This document shows, one piece after another, positions 1 through 9,131 of a stretch of DNA of 32,000 bases; position 1 is the first letter of the stretch, and every line of letters starts with the position of its first letter. This DNA comes from Mycobacterium leprae TN. Its GTDB lineage: Bacteria; Actinomycetota; Actinomycetes; Mycobacteriales; Mycobacteriaceae. The stretch lies in NCBI RefSeq assembly GCF_000195855.1, contig NC_002677.1:3090001-3122000 (forward strand), given 5' to 3'. Both the position numbers and the translations under genes were made by a program. The notes under the pieces are model-generated. The model did not search any database and had not been told where the DNA came from. It saw only the letters and a list, made by a program, of their open reading frames with translations.

Positions 1-480
1 AACGACGTGGCTGTTGGCTGAGGTGGTGGAAATAATTTACCGGCCGCCGACATGGATAAGCGGTTACTTGGAACAACTCGACGGCTACCTCGGAGGTGTT
101 TGCTAGCCCCTGGTTCCATACCGAGGACCTCGTTTGAATGGACGAAAATGGCTACGTCTGGTAGGTGGATAGCAAGCAAGAAGGACACGAGCATCACCGG
201 TGGTGATAACATCTACTGCTTTGAGGCAGAGAACATCCTCGCCGGCCATCCCGACATCGTCGAGGTCTCCACCAGCGGGTGAGCTCACGAAAAGTGGAGC
301 GAGGTGCCGACCGCGGCTGTAAAGAATGAGCATTTGCGGCTAGCAAGGACTAACTTAACTTGAGTTCCTGCCTGATCGGCTCGCGCGCTACAAACACCCC
401 GCAGCGCTTGAGATCGTTACCAATCCGCTTCGCAACCCAGCCGGGAAGGTGCCCAAAAAATTAAACCGCCATTGCATTTT
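1..480 (+). pseudogene. fadD5: fadD5-like fatty-acyl-CoA ligase, disrupted C-terminal remnant
   Basis: Frame 1 (52-279) reads ..ITGGDNIYCFEAENILAGHPDIVEVSTSG, the AMP-binding C-terminal region. An in-frame TGA at 280-282 is followed by HEKWSEVPTAAV. The homology then continues in frame 2 (359-475) as LEFLPDRLARYKHPAALEIVTNPLRNPAGKVPKKL (the ..YK.P......LPR...GK..K..L tail), so there is a stop plus a frameshift. The position upstream of yrbE1A matches Rv0166. Confidence 0.6.
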
Positions 481-765
481 GACGTTTAGTGAGGGTTACG
501 AAAGAAATTCGGTGCCAAGATCAAGATATTTAGATAACCAAAGAAGATTGTTGACAGAGTCGAAAAGTTGTCCTCTGAGCGTTGACAAAAGATCAATTCG
601 GCAGATGCGATGCACATGCGGTAGACCATCGGGTACATTCCTCTGGTCTCCGTTACCACTTGTTGGGTAGGGAGCCGATGGTTACTTCAGTACGGCCGAA
701 ACAAGGAGGTGGCGTTGTGACACGATCTGCCGAGGCATATATGGTTCCGGCGTGAGGGGTCAGCG

Positions 766-1569
766 GTGACGACGGAGACGCGCTCGAGCCTGGTCGAGTA
801 CGCCCACACCAAACTCCAGACGCCACTGGTTCTTGTTGGCGGGTTCTTCCGAATGCTCGTCCTGACCGGAAAGGCGTTGTTCCGGCGGCCATTCCAATGG
901 CGCGAGTTCATATTACAGTGCTGGTTCATCATGCGGGTTGCATTTCTGCCGACCGTCATGGTGTCGATTCCGCTGACCGTGCTGCTGATCTTCACCCTCA
1001 ACGTTCTGCTGGCTCAGTTCAGCGCTGCAGACTTATCTGGCGCGGGCGCGGCGATCGGGGCCGTCACCCAGCTCGGCCCGTTGACCACGGTGCTGGTGGT
1101 GGCCGGCGCCGGATCGACGTCCATCTGTGCGGACCTGGGTGCGCGCACTATCCGCGAGGAGATCGACGCGATGGAGGTTCTCGGCATCGACCCCATACAT
1201 AGACTGGTAGTGCCCCGGGTCCTTGCCGCGACGCTGGTAGCCACGCTGCTCAACGGCTTGGTCATCACCGTAGGCCTAGTGGGCGGCTACCTCTTCGGAG
1301 TTTACCTGCAGAATGTGTCGGGCGGTGCCTATCTTGCTACTCTCACCACTATTACCGGTCTTCCCGAAGTGGTGATCGCGACTGTCAAAGCCGCGACGTT
1401 CGGACTCATCGCTGGCTTGGTCGGCTGTTATCGCGGGCTGATCGTACGCGGTGGTTCCAACGGACTGGGCGCCGCCGTCAACGAAACCGTGGTGCTTTGC
1501 GTGGTCGCGTTGTACGCGGTCAATGTGGTGCTGACCACCATCGGCGTGCGCTTCGGAACTGGACACTGA
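766..1569 (+). CDS. yrbE1A: Mce1 system permease YrbE1A (MlaE family)
   Basis: 267-aa ORF with a GTG start at 766 preceded by GAGGGG (755-760). Polytopic membrane protein with the YrbE/MlaE block ..GARTIREEIDAMEVLGIDP... First gene of a yrbE-yrbE-mce x6 array. Confidence 0.95.
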   Translation: MTTETRSSLVEYAHTKLQTPLVLVGGFFRMLVLTGKALFRRPFQWREFILQCWFIMRVAFLPTVMVSIPLTVLLIFTLNVLLAQFSAADLSGAGAAIGAVTQLGPLTTVLVVAGAGSTSICADLGARTIREEIDAMEVLGIDPIHRLVVPRVLAATLVATLLNGLVITVGLVGGYLFGVYLQNVSGGAYLATLTTITGLPEVVIATVKAATFGLIAGLVGCYRGLIVRGGSNGLGAAVNETVVLCVVALYAVNVVLTTIGVRFGTGH

Positions 1570-1572
1570 AAC

Positions 1573-2442
1573 ATGTCGACCGCTGCCGTGTTGCGCGCCC
1601 GTTTTCCGCGGGCTGCCGCCAATCTGAATCGTTATGGCGGAGCCGCGGCCCGCGGAATTGACGACATCGGCCAAATGAGCTGGTTTGGCCTGATCGCCCT
1701 CGGAAACATCCCTAATGCCCTGAGCCGCTATCGCAAGGAAACGCTGCGCCTGATAGCCCAGATCGGGATGGGTACTGGTGCAATGGCTGTCGTTGGTGGC
1801 ACCGCCGCGATCGTCGGGTTCGTCACGCTCTCCGGTAGCTCTCTGGTCGCTATCCAGGGTTTCGCGTCGCTGGGGGCCATCGGTGTCGAGGCGTTTACCG
1901 GCTTCTTCGCTGCACTGATCAACGTGCGCATCGCTGCCCCCGTGATCACAGGTATCGTCATGGCGGCCACCGTCGGCGCCGGCGCCACCGCCGAACTAGG
2001 GGCGATGCGTATCAGCGAAGAGATTGATGCCCTGGAAGTGATGAGCATCAAGTCGATCTCGTTTCTGGTGACTACTCGGATTTTGGCCGGGCTGGTCGTG
2101 ATCGTTCCACTTTACGCGGTGGCGATGATCATGGCGTTTCTGTCTCCACATATCATCACGACGGTGCTCTACGGGCAGTCGAATGGCACGTATGAGCACT
2201 ACTTCCGAACATTCCTGCGCCCCGATGACGTTTTCTGGTCGTTCTTGGAGGCCGTGATCATCACGGCGGTTGTGATGATCACGCATTGCTACTACGGGTA
2301 TACCGCCAACGGCGGACCTGTCGGCGTCGGTGAGGCCGTCGGGCGGTCGATGCGTTTCTCTTTGGTGTCAGTGCAGGTTGTAGTTTTATCCGCCACGTTG
2401 GCGCTCTACGGCGTAGATCCCAACTTCGCTTTGACGGTATAG
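1573..2442 (+). CDS. yrbE1B: Mce1 system permease YrbE1B (MlaE family)
   Basis: 289-aa ORF with ATG 3 nt after the yrbE1A stop. Second MlaE-type permease (..GAMRISEEIDALEVMSIKS..), multi-pass hydrophobic. Confidence 0.95.
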   Translation: MSTAAVLRARFPRAAANLNRYGGAAARGIDDIGQMSWFGLIALGNIPNALSRYRKETLRLIAQIGMGTGAMAVVGGTAAIVGFVTLSGSSLVAIQGFASLGAIGVEAFTGFFAALINVRIAAPVITGIVMAATVGAGATAELGAMRISEEIDALEVMSIKSISFLVTTRILAGLVVIVPLYAVAMIMAFLSPHIITTVLYGQSNGTYEHYFRTFLRPDDVFWSFLEAVIITAVVMITHCYYGYTANGGPVGVGEAVGRSMRFSLVSVQVVVLSATLALYGVDPNFALTV

Positions 2443-2445
2443 CCG

Positions 2446-3771
2446 ATGACATCATCAACAAAGATCAACGCGTCACGAAAGCCGCCGTACAAGTTGGCCG
2501 GGGTTGGCTTGTTGGTCGTGGCTGTAGTGATTTTCGGCTTGGTCTACGGGCAGTTTCGGGGAAATTTCACCCCTAAGTCCAAGTTGACGATGCTGGCCGA
2601 TCGGGCTGGGTTGGTGATGGATCGGGGCTCGAAGATAACCTACAACGGGGTTAAAATTGGCCGGGTCGCCGACATCTCGGAGACTGTGCGGAACGGCAGG
2701 CCGGTCGCCGAATTCACTTTGGATGTGTATCCGCGGTACCTGTCTCTAATTCCGGCCAATGTGAACGCCGACATCAAGGCGACCACGGTCTTCGGCGGTA
2801 AGTATGTGTCCTTGACGACGCCGGAACATCCGTCGCAGAAAAGGCTCACCCCGCAGACCGTGATCGACGCCAGGTCGGTGACCACGGAGATCAACACATT
2901 GTTCCAGACCATAACCTTGATCGCGGAGAAAGTGGATCCGATCAAGCTAAACCTGACGCTGAGCGCGGCCGCACAATCACTGGCTGGGCTTGGCGAGAGG
3001 TTCGGACAATCAATCGTCAATGGAAATTCGGTTCTTGACGACGTCAACTCGCAGCTGCCGCAGGCTCGTCACGACATCCAACAGCTGGCGTCCCTGGGGG
3101 ACACTTATGCTAACTCCGCTTCGGATTTTTTTGATTTCCTTAATAATTCGATCGTCACGTCGCGCACGATCAACCAGCAGCAGAAGGACTTGGACCAAGT
3201 GTTATTGGCCGCGGTCGGGTTCGGCAACACCGGCGCGGATATCTTCTCCCGCAGTGGGCCGTATCTGGCGCGGGGTGCCGCCGACCTAGTGCCCACGGCC
3301 CAGTTGTTGGATACCTACAGCCCGGCGATTTTCTGCACCCTGCGCAATTATCATGACATCGAACCCAAGGTCACATCGTTTCTCGGCGGCAACGGCTACT
3401 CTATCAATGATCATGTCGAGCTGCTGTCGGGGTTGGGATTCCTGCTGAACCCGACATCAGCGATATCCATCATCGGGGCAGGAGTCCTCTCACAAGGACT
3501 CCTAGCTCCACTCGGGCTAGCCGGAGTGGTCAACGGGGCAGCCAATCCCTACATCTATCCGGAAAATCTGCCGCGGGTCAACGCTCGGGGTGGGCCGGGG
3601 GGGGCGCCGGGTTGTTGGCAGCACATCACCCGTGATCTCTGGCCCACGCCCGAGTTAGTCATGGACACCGGCAACAGCATTGCGCCATACAACCACTTGG
3701 ATAGCGGTTCGCCATACGCCATCGAGTACGTCTGGGGCCGTCAAGTAGGGGATAACACAATCAACCCATGA
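2446..3771 (+). CDS. mce1A: Mce1A substrate-binding/MCE-domain protein
   Basis: 441 aa. N-terminal TM helix (LAGVGLLVVAVVIFGLVY) then an MCE/MlaD domain (..KITYNGVKIGRV.., NADIKATTVFGGKYVSL). First of six consecutive mce genes after two yrbE genes. Confidence 0.95.
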   Translation: MTSSTKINASRKPPYKLAGVGLLVVAVVIFGLVYGQFRGNFTPKSKLTMLADRAGLVMDRGSKITYNGVKIGRVADISETVRNGRPVAEFTLDVYPRYLSLIPANVNADIKATTVFGGKYVSLTTPEHPSQKRLTPQTVIDARSVTTEINTLFQTITLIAEKVDPIKLNLTLSAAAQSLAGLGERFGQSIVNGNSVLDDVNSQLPQARHDIQQLASLGDTYANSASDFFDFLNNSIVTSRTINQQQKDLDQVLLAAVGFGNTGADIFSRSGPYLARGAADLVPTAQLLDTYSPAIFCTLRNYHDIEPKVTSFLGGNGYSINDHVELLSGLGFLLNPTSAISIIGAGVLSQGLLAPLGLAGVVNGAANPYIYPENLPRVNARGGPGGAPGCWQHITRDLWPTPELVMDTGNSIAPYNHLDSGSPYAIEYVWGRQVGDNTINP

Positions 3772-4808
3772 AACTCACCGGTACTGTCGTCCGCCTCAGC
3801 ATCTTTTCGTTGGTGCTGTTGCTGTTTACTGTGATGATCATAGTGGTGTTTGGTCAGATGCGTTTCGGCCGGACCAATGGGTATACGGCGGAGTTCACCA
3901 ACATCAGCGGTCTGCGGACGGGCCAGTTTGTCCGTGCCTCGGGAGTGGAGGTGGGCAAGGTCAACTCTGTTGCACTGATCAATGGCGGCACGAGGGTCCG
4001 GGTGAAATTCAACGTCGACCGCTCAGTGCCACTGTATCAGTCGACGACAGCACAGATCCGCTACCTCGACTTGATTGGCAATCGTTATCTGGAGCTCAAG
4101 CACGGCGAGGGACAAGGATCGGAAAAGATAATGCCGGCGGGTGGACTCATCCCGCTGTCAAGGACGTCGCCGGCGCTTGATCTCGACGCGTTGATTGGTG
4201 GTTTCAAACCGCTGTTTCGGGCGCTGGACCCCGACAAGATCAACACCATCGCCTCGGCCATCGTCGCCGCGTTCCAGGGTCAGGGCGGAACTATAAACGA
4301 CATCCTCGACCAAACCGCTCAGCTGACCACTGCTATTGGCGAGCGTGACCAAGCGATCGGTGAGGTGGTTAAGAATTTGAACGTCGTGTTGGACACGACC
4401 GTTCGGCATCGCAAAGAATTCGACCAGACCGTCAACAACCTCGAGATATTGATCACCGGGCTCAAGGATCACGGTGATCAATTGGCGGGAAGCTTTGCGC
4501 ACATTAGCAACGCCGCGGGGACAGTGGCCAATCTTCTGGCTGAGGACCACGCACTGTTACACAAATCGATCAACTATCTGGATGGGATTCAGCAGCCGCT
4601 GATCGATCAGAGGCTGCAGCTGGAAGACTACCTTCATAAGTTGCCGACCGTGTTGAACCAGATCGGGCGCACGATCGGTTCCTACGGGGATTTCGTGAAC
4701 TTCTACTCCTGTGACATCACGCTCAAGATCAACGGGTTGCAGCCTGGTGGACCCGTCCGCACGGTCCGGCTTTTCCAGCAGCCGACGGGTCGGTGCACGC
4801 CGCAATGA
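3768..4808 (+). CDS. mce1B: Mce1B MCE-domain protein
   Basis: 346 aa. ATGA start/stop overlap with mce1A (3768-3771). N-terminal TM helix plus MCE domain (..VRASGVEVGKV.., IRYLDLIGNRYLEL). Confidence 0.95.
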   Translation: MKLTGTVVRLSIFSLVLLLFTVMIIVVFGQMRFGRTNGYTAEFTNISGLRTGQFVRASGVEVGKVNSVALINGGTRVRVKFNVDRSVPLYQSTTAQIRYLDLIGNRYLELKHGEGQGSEKIMPAGGLIPLSRTSPALDLDALIGGFKPLFRALDPDKINTIASAIVAAFQGQGGTINDILDQTAQLTTAIGERDQAIGEVVKNLNVVLDTTVRHRKEFDQTVNNLEILITGLKDHGDQLAGSFAHISNAAGTVANLLAEDHALLHKSINYLDGIQQPLIDQRLQLEDYLHKLPTVLNQIGRTIGSYGDFVNFYSCDITLKINGLQPGGPVRTVRLFQQPTGRCTPQ

Positions 4809-6364
4809 GAACGCTGGAACTCCCCAATCGACTTCGCAGTGGGCTCATCGGAGTCCTGGTGGTCCTTCTCATCATCGGTGTGGGCCAAAGCTTCACCAGT
4901 GTCCCGATCTTGTTCGCCCGACCCAGCTACTACGGGCAGTTCACCGACACCGGTGGACTCAACAAGGGCGACAAGGTGCGCATTGCCGGCATGGATGTTG
5001 GCAAGGTGGAGGCGCTGAAGATCGACGGTGACCACGTCGTGATCAAGTTCTCCATCGGCACTAACCGCATCGGCACTGCGAGTCGGCTGGGGATCCGCAC
5101 CGACACCGTACTCGGCAAGAAGGTCCTCGAGGTCGAGACGCGCGGCACCCAGCTGTTACGGCCCGGGGACAGTTTGCCGTTGGGCCAAAGCACGACTCCC
5201 TACCAGAGCTATGATGCGTTCTTCGACGCCACCAAGGTCGCTTCGGGCTGGAACATTGACACCATCAAGCAGTCGCTGAAGGTGGTGTCGGAAACCATTG
5301 ATCAAACATACCCGCATCTAAGCGCTGCACTCGATGGTGTGGCCAAGTTCTCCGACACCATCGGCGCACGCGACAAGGAGATCAAACACCTGATTGCGCA
5401 GGCCAACCAAGTGGCTAGTGTCCTCGGTGACCGTGGCGCACAAGTGGACCGATTGTTGGTCAACACCAAGACTTTGATCGCGGCGTTCAACGAACGCGGA
5501 CGTGCCGTCGATGCATTGCTGGGTAACGTCGCTGCGTTTGCTGCCCAGGTGCAAAGATTGATCAACGACAACCCGAACCTCAATCACGTGCTGGAACAGT
5601 TGCACCAGCTGAGTGGCATCTTGGTTCAGCACAAAGACGACCTGGCTAATACTCTCATTCAGGTCGCCGCATTCTTACCATCGTTGAATGAGGCCATCGG
5701 GTCGGGACCCTTCTTCAAGGTGGTCTTGCACAACTTGGCGCCGTATCAGATTTTGCAGCCGTGGGTCGACGCCGCGTTTAAGAAGCGCGGTATCGACCCA
5801 GAGAACTTCTGGCGCAGCGCCGGGTTGCCGGAATTCCGGTTTCCCGACCCCAACGGCACCCGCTTCCCGAATGGCGCACCGCCGCCTGCGCCACCGGTGC
5901 TAGAGGGCACCCCGGAAAATCCGGGACCGGCTGTTCCACCGGGATCGCCATGCTCCTACACTCCGGCGCATCCGGGCGGCAATAACACCATCGGGGATGA
6001 AATGGGTCTGCCCCGGCCGTGGAATCCGCTCCCATGCGCTGGTGCGACAGCAGGACCGTACGGTGGACCCGCCTTCCCGGCGCCGATAGACGTCCAAACG
6101 TCGCCACCGAACCCCGATGGGCTGCCACTGCTGCCAGGCATCGCGATTGCTGGGCGGCCGGGTGATCCAGCTCCGAACGTCCCAGGTACTCCGGTGCCCC
6201 TACCGCCGAACGCGCCGCCAGGTGCGCGCACCGAGCAGCTGGCACCTGCCGCCCCGGCGCAGGATTCATCGGCACCGCATGAGCCCAGGGAACAGCTGTC
6301 AGCACCGTTGATTAACCCGGGAGGCACAGGAGGTAGCGGCGGCGCAGGAGGTAGTCGGAATTGA
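4805..6364 (+). CDS. mce1C: Mce1C MCE-domain protein with Pro-rich C-terminus
   Basis: The ORF is open from 4793. ATG 4805 forms an ATGA overlap with the mce1B stop (4806-4808) and gives an MRTLELPNR.. N-terminus like Mce1C. TM helix plus MCE domain (..VRIAGMDVGKV..). The C-terminal third is Pro-rich and ends in GGTGGSGGAGGS. Confidence 0.93.
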   Translation: MRTLELPNRLRSGLIGVLVVLLIIGVGQSFTSVPILFARPSYYGQFTDTGGLNKGDKVRIAGMDVGKVEALKIDGDHVVIKFSIGTNRIGTASRLGIRTDTVLGKKVLEVETRGTQLLRPGDSLPLGQSTTPYQSYDAFFDATKVASGWNIDTIKQSLKVVSETIDQTYPHLSAALDGVAKFSDTIGARDKEIKHLIAQANQVASVLGDRGAQVDRLLVNTKTLIAAFNERGRAVDALLGNVAAFAAQVQRLINDNPNLNHVLEQLHQLSGILVQHKDDLANTLIQVAAFLPSLNEAIGSGPFFKVVLHNLAPYQILQPWVDAAFKKRGIDPENFWRSAGLPEFRFPDPNGTRFPNGAPPPAPPVLEGTPENPGPAVPPGSPCSYTPAHPGGNNTIGDEMGLPRPWNPLPCAGATAGPYGGPAFPAPIDVQTSPPNPDGLPLLPGIAIAGRPGDPAPNVPGTPVPLPPNAPPGARTEQLAPAAPAQDSSAPHEPREQLSAPLINPGGTGGSGGAGGSRN

Positions 6365-7956
6365 GTACCATCTTTGATGTCCGCAAGCTGAAGCTATTGA
6401 GGCTGTCACGAGCCCCGGTGATTGTAGGGTCATTGGTGGTGGTACTAGCCCTCGTCGTCGGATTCGTCGGTTGGAGGCTTTACCAGAAGCTGACGAACAA
6501 CACTGTTGTTGTTTACTTCCCTGCCGCGACCGCGCTCTATACCGGAGACAAGGTCCAGATCATGGGTTTGCGCGTTGGTTCGATCGACTCGATCGTGCCG
6601 GCCGGCGACAAGATGAAGGTGACTTTTCATTACCAGAACAAGTACAAGGTTCCCGCCAATGCGTCCGCGGTGATCCTCAACCCCACCTTGGTAGCGTCCC
6701 GCTCGATCCAGTTGGAGCCGCCTTATAAGGGTGGCCCTGCGTTGGGAGATAACGCGGTGATCCCGCTCGAGCGCACCCAGGTTCCGGTGGAGTGGGACGA
6801 ACTGCGGGATAGCATCACCAAAATCATCTCCAAACTCGGCCCGACTAAAGAGCAGCCGAAAGGTCCTTTCGGTGACGTTATCGAATCGTTCGCCGATGGG
6901 CTGGCCGGTAAAGGCAAGCAGATTAACGCCACGCTGGACAGCCTCTCGCGAGCGTTGACCGCATTGAACGAAGGTCGTGGCGACTTTTTCGCGGTGCTAC
7001 GCAGCTTGGCGCTGTTCGTCAACGCACTGCACACCGACGATCAGCAGTTTGTTGCCTTGAACCAAAACCTGGCCGACTTCACCACTCGACTTGCGCATTC
7101 CGACACCGATTTGTCCAGTGCGTTACAGCAATTCAACAGTATGTTGTCCACGGTGCAGTCGTTCCTCGTTAAGAACCGCGAGGTACTGGCCGCCGATGTC
7201 AATAACCTGGCCACAGTGAACAACACGGTAGTTCAGCCAGAGCCGCTGAACGGGGTGGAAACCTTTCTGCACGTCGCCCCGACGGCCGCGGCGAATATGA
7301 ACCAGCTTTATCACCCGGCTCACGGTTCCGTTGTTGGTGTTCCGACGATCACCAACTTCGCGAACCCGATGCAGTTCATTTGCAGCGCAATTCAGGCTGG
7401 CAGCCGATTAGGCTATCAGGAGTCCGCCGAACTTTGCGCGCAATATCTTTCCCCGGTCCTGGATGCGATCAAGTTCAACTATTTCCCGTTTGGTTTAAAC
7501 CTGTTCAGTACGGCGGAGGTGCTTCCCAAGGAGGTCGCCTACTCTGAGGCGCGGCTGCAGCCGCCGAGTGGGTACAAGGACACGACCGTCCCGGGGATCT
7601 GGGTGCCGGACACGCCGTTGTCACACCGCAACACCCAACCCGGCTGGATTGTCGCCCCGGGAATGCAAGGGCAGCAGGTCGGGCCGATTACGGCGGCCCT
7701 GATGACTCCCGACTCGCTAGCTGAGCTCATGGGTGGCCCGGATATCGAGCCTATTCAATCCAACCTGCAGACGCCACCGGGACCGCCGACCGCGTACGAC
7801 GAGCACCCGGTTCCACCACCCATCGGCTTGCAGGCGTCGGTGCCTATACCGTCGCCAAGACCTGATGTGGTGCCTGGTCCGGTTGCTCCGACACCGTCGC
7901 CCGCGGCCAACGTCGGCGACCCACCGCTGCCCGCTGAGTTAGGAGCAGGCCAGTGA
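6361..7956 (+). CDS. mce1D: Mce1D MCE-domain protein with Pro-rich C-terminus
   Basis: 531 aa. The only usable start is TTG 6361, because an in-frame TAG sits at 6352-6354. It forms a TTGA overlap with the mce1C stop, with AGGAGG at 6346-6351. TM helix plus MCE domain (..KVQIMGLRVGSI..). Confidence 0.93.
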   Translation: MSTIFDVRKLKLLRLSRAPVIVGSLVVVLALVVGFVGWRLYQKLTNNTVVVYFPAATALYTGDKVQIMGLRVGSIDSIVPAGDKMKVTFHYQNKYKVPANASAVILNPTLVASRSIQLEPPYKGGPALGDNAVIPLERTQVPVEWDELRDSITKIISKLGPTKEQPKGPFGDVIESFADGLAGKGKQINATLDSLSRALTALNEGRGDFFAVLRSLALFVNALHTDDQQFVALNQNLADFTTRLAHSDTDLSSALQQFNSMLSTVQSFLVKNREVLAADVNNLATVNNTVVQPEPLNGVETFLHVAPTAAANMNQLYHPAHGSVVGVPTITNFANPMQFICSAIQAGSRLGYQESAELCAQYLSPVLDAIKFNYFPFGLNLFSTAEVLPKEVAYSEARLQPPSGYKDTTVPGIWVPDTPLSHRNTQPGWIVAPGMQGQQVGPITAALMTPDSLAELMGGPDIEPIQSNLQTPPGPPTAYDEHPVPPPIGLQASVPIPSPRPDVVPGPVAPTPSPAANVGDPPLPAELGAGQ

Positions 7957-9131
7957 GGCGTGCAATGAGTGTGGTACACACTAGCCGGGTGCGTCACCAG
8001 ACCTGGCGGGGGCTGGTGATGTTGGTGGCCGCGCTGTTGCTGAGCTCCTGTGGTTGGCGTGGAATTTCTAACGTCTCGATTCCGGGTGGTCCGGGCAGCG
8101 GCAAGGGAGCTTACACCATCTATGTGCAGGTGCCGGACACGCTGGCGATTAACGGCAACAGCAAGGTGATGGTTGCCGACGTCACAGTTGGCTCGATACG
8201 CGCCATCAACTTGAAGAACTGGGTGGCCACCCTGACTCTGGGTTTAAACAAGGACGTCCAGCTACCGAAGAACACCACCGCCAAGATCGGACAGACCAGT
8301 TTGTTGGGCTCTCAGCATGTGGAGTTGGCCGCGCCGGCAAACCCGTCACTGGAATTACTCAAGAATGGTGACACCATCCCGCTGAAAAATTCGTCGGTGT
8401 TCCCCACCACCGAGCAAACATTAGCCAGTCTCTCCTTGATCTTGCGCGGAGGTGGTATTCCGAACCTGGAAACGCTAACAAACGAGGTTTTCAATATATT
8501 CCACGGGCGAGCCGACCAGATCCATGCCTTCTTAACAAAGCTAGATACCTTTGCTAGTCAGCTCAACCAGCAACGCGATGACATCACCCACGCTATCGAC
8601 TCGACCAACCGACTGCTGACCTATGTGGGTGGCCGCTCGGATGTCCTCGATCAAATACTGACCGACATCCCGCCGTTGATCAAGCATTTCGCCGACACCA
8701 AAAACTTGCTCATAAACGCTGTTGGTTCGGTTGGACAGCTCAGCCAGGCCGTCGATCAGTACTTGTCGGAGGCACGTGGTCCTCTGCACACCGACTTGCA
8801 AGCGTTGGCATGTCCACTGCGAGAACTCGGCCGTGGCGCGCCGTATTTCATCGGCGCGATGAAGTTGATCCTGACCCAGCCGTACGACGTCGACACGGTT
8901 CCGAAGATAATGAGGGGCGACTACCAAAATGTGTCGCTGACATTAGACGTCACTTACAGCGCCATGGACAATGCGGTTCTTACCGGTACCGGATTGTCTG
9001 GGGCTCTCCGTGCCCTCGAGCAATCCTTTGGTCGCGATCCTGAAACGATGATCCCCGACGTTCGCTACACGACGAACCCCAATGACGCACCCGGCGGACC
9101 GTTGGTGGAAAGGGCCGATAGGCGATGCTGA
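7953..9131 (+). CDS. lprK: Mce1E lipoprotein LprK
   Basis: 392 aa. GTGA overlap with mce1D (alternative ATG at 7965). Signal peptide with lipobox LLLSS-C (Cys33 from the GTG start), then an MCE domain (..VMVADVTVGSI..). This is the lipoprotein member at position 5 of the mce array. Confidence 0.92.
   Translation: MRRAMSVVHTSRVRHQTWRGLVMLVAALLLSSCGWRGISNVSIPGGPGSGKGAYTIYVQVPDTLAINGNSKVMVADVTVGSIRAINLKNWVATLTLGLNKDVQLPKNTTAKIGQTSLLGSQHVELAAPANPSLELLKNGDTIPLKNSSVFPTTEQTLASLSLILRGGGIPNLETLTNEVFNIFHGRADQIHAFLTKLDTFASQLNQQRDDITHAIDSTNRLLTYVGGRSDVLDQILTDIPPLIKHFADTKNLLINAVGSVGQLSQAVDQYLSEARGPLHTDLQALACPLRELGRGAPYFIGAMKLILTQPYDVDTVPKIMRGDYQNVSLTLDVTYSAMDNAVLTGTGLSGALRALEQSFGRDPETMIPDVRYTTNPNDAPGGPLVERADRRC

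Noticed and set aside
551-587. Two TTGACA hexamers as -35 elements of an mce1 promoter
   Set aside because: Neither has a convincing TAnnnT -10 at 16-19 bp spacing (TCTGAG; ATGCGA/TGCGAT). They are mentioned only as context in a finding, not called as a feature.
5778-6305. 175-aa minus-strand ORF (and several other 60-130-aa antisense or alternative-frame ORFs across 653-13400)
   Set aside because: All lie inside well-supported mce/yrbE/mam genes. Their composition is Arg/Pro/Gly/Ala-rich, typical of shadow ORFs in GC-rich DNA. They have no motifs and no RBS.
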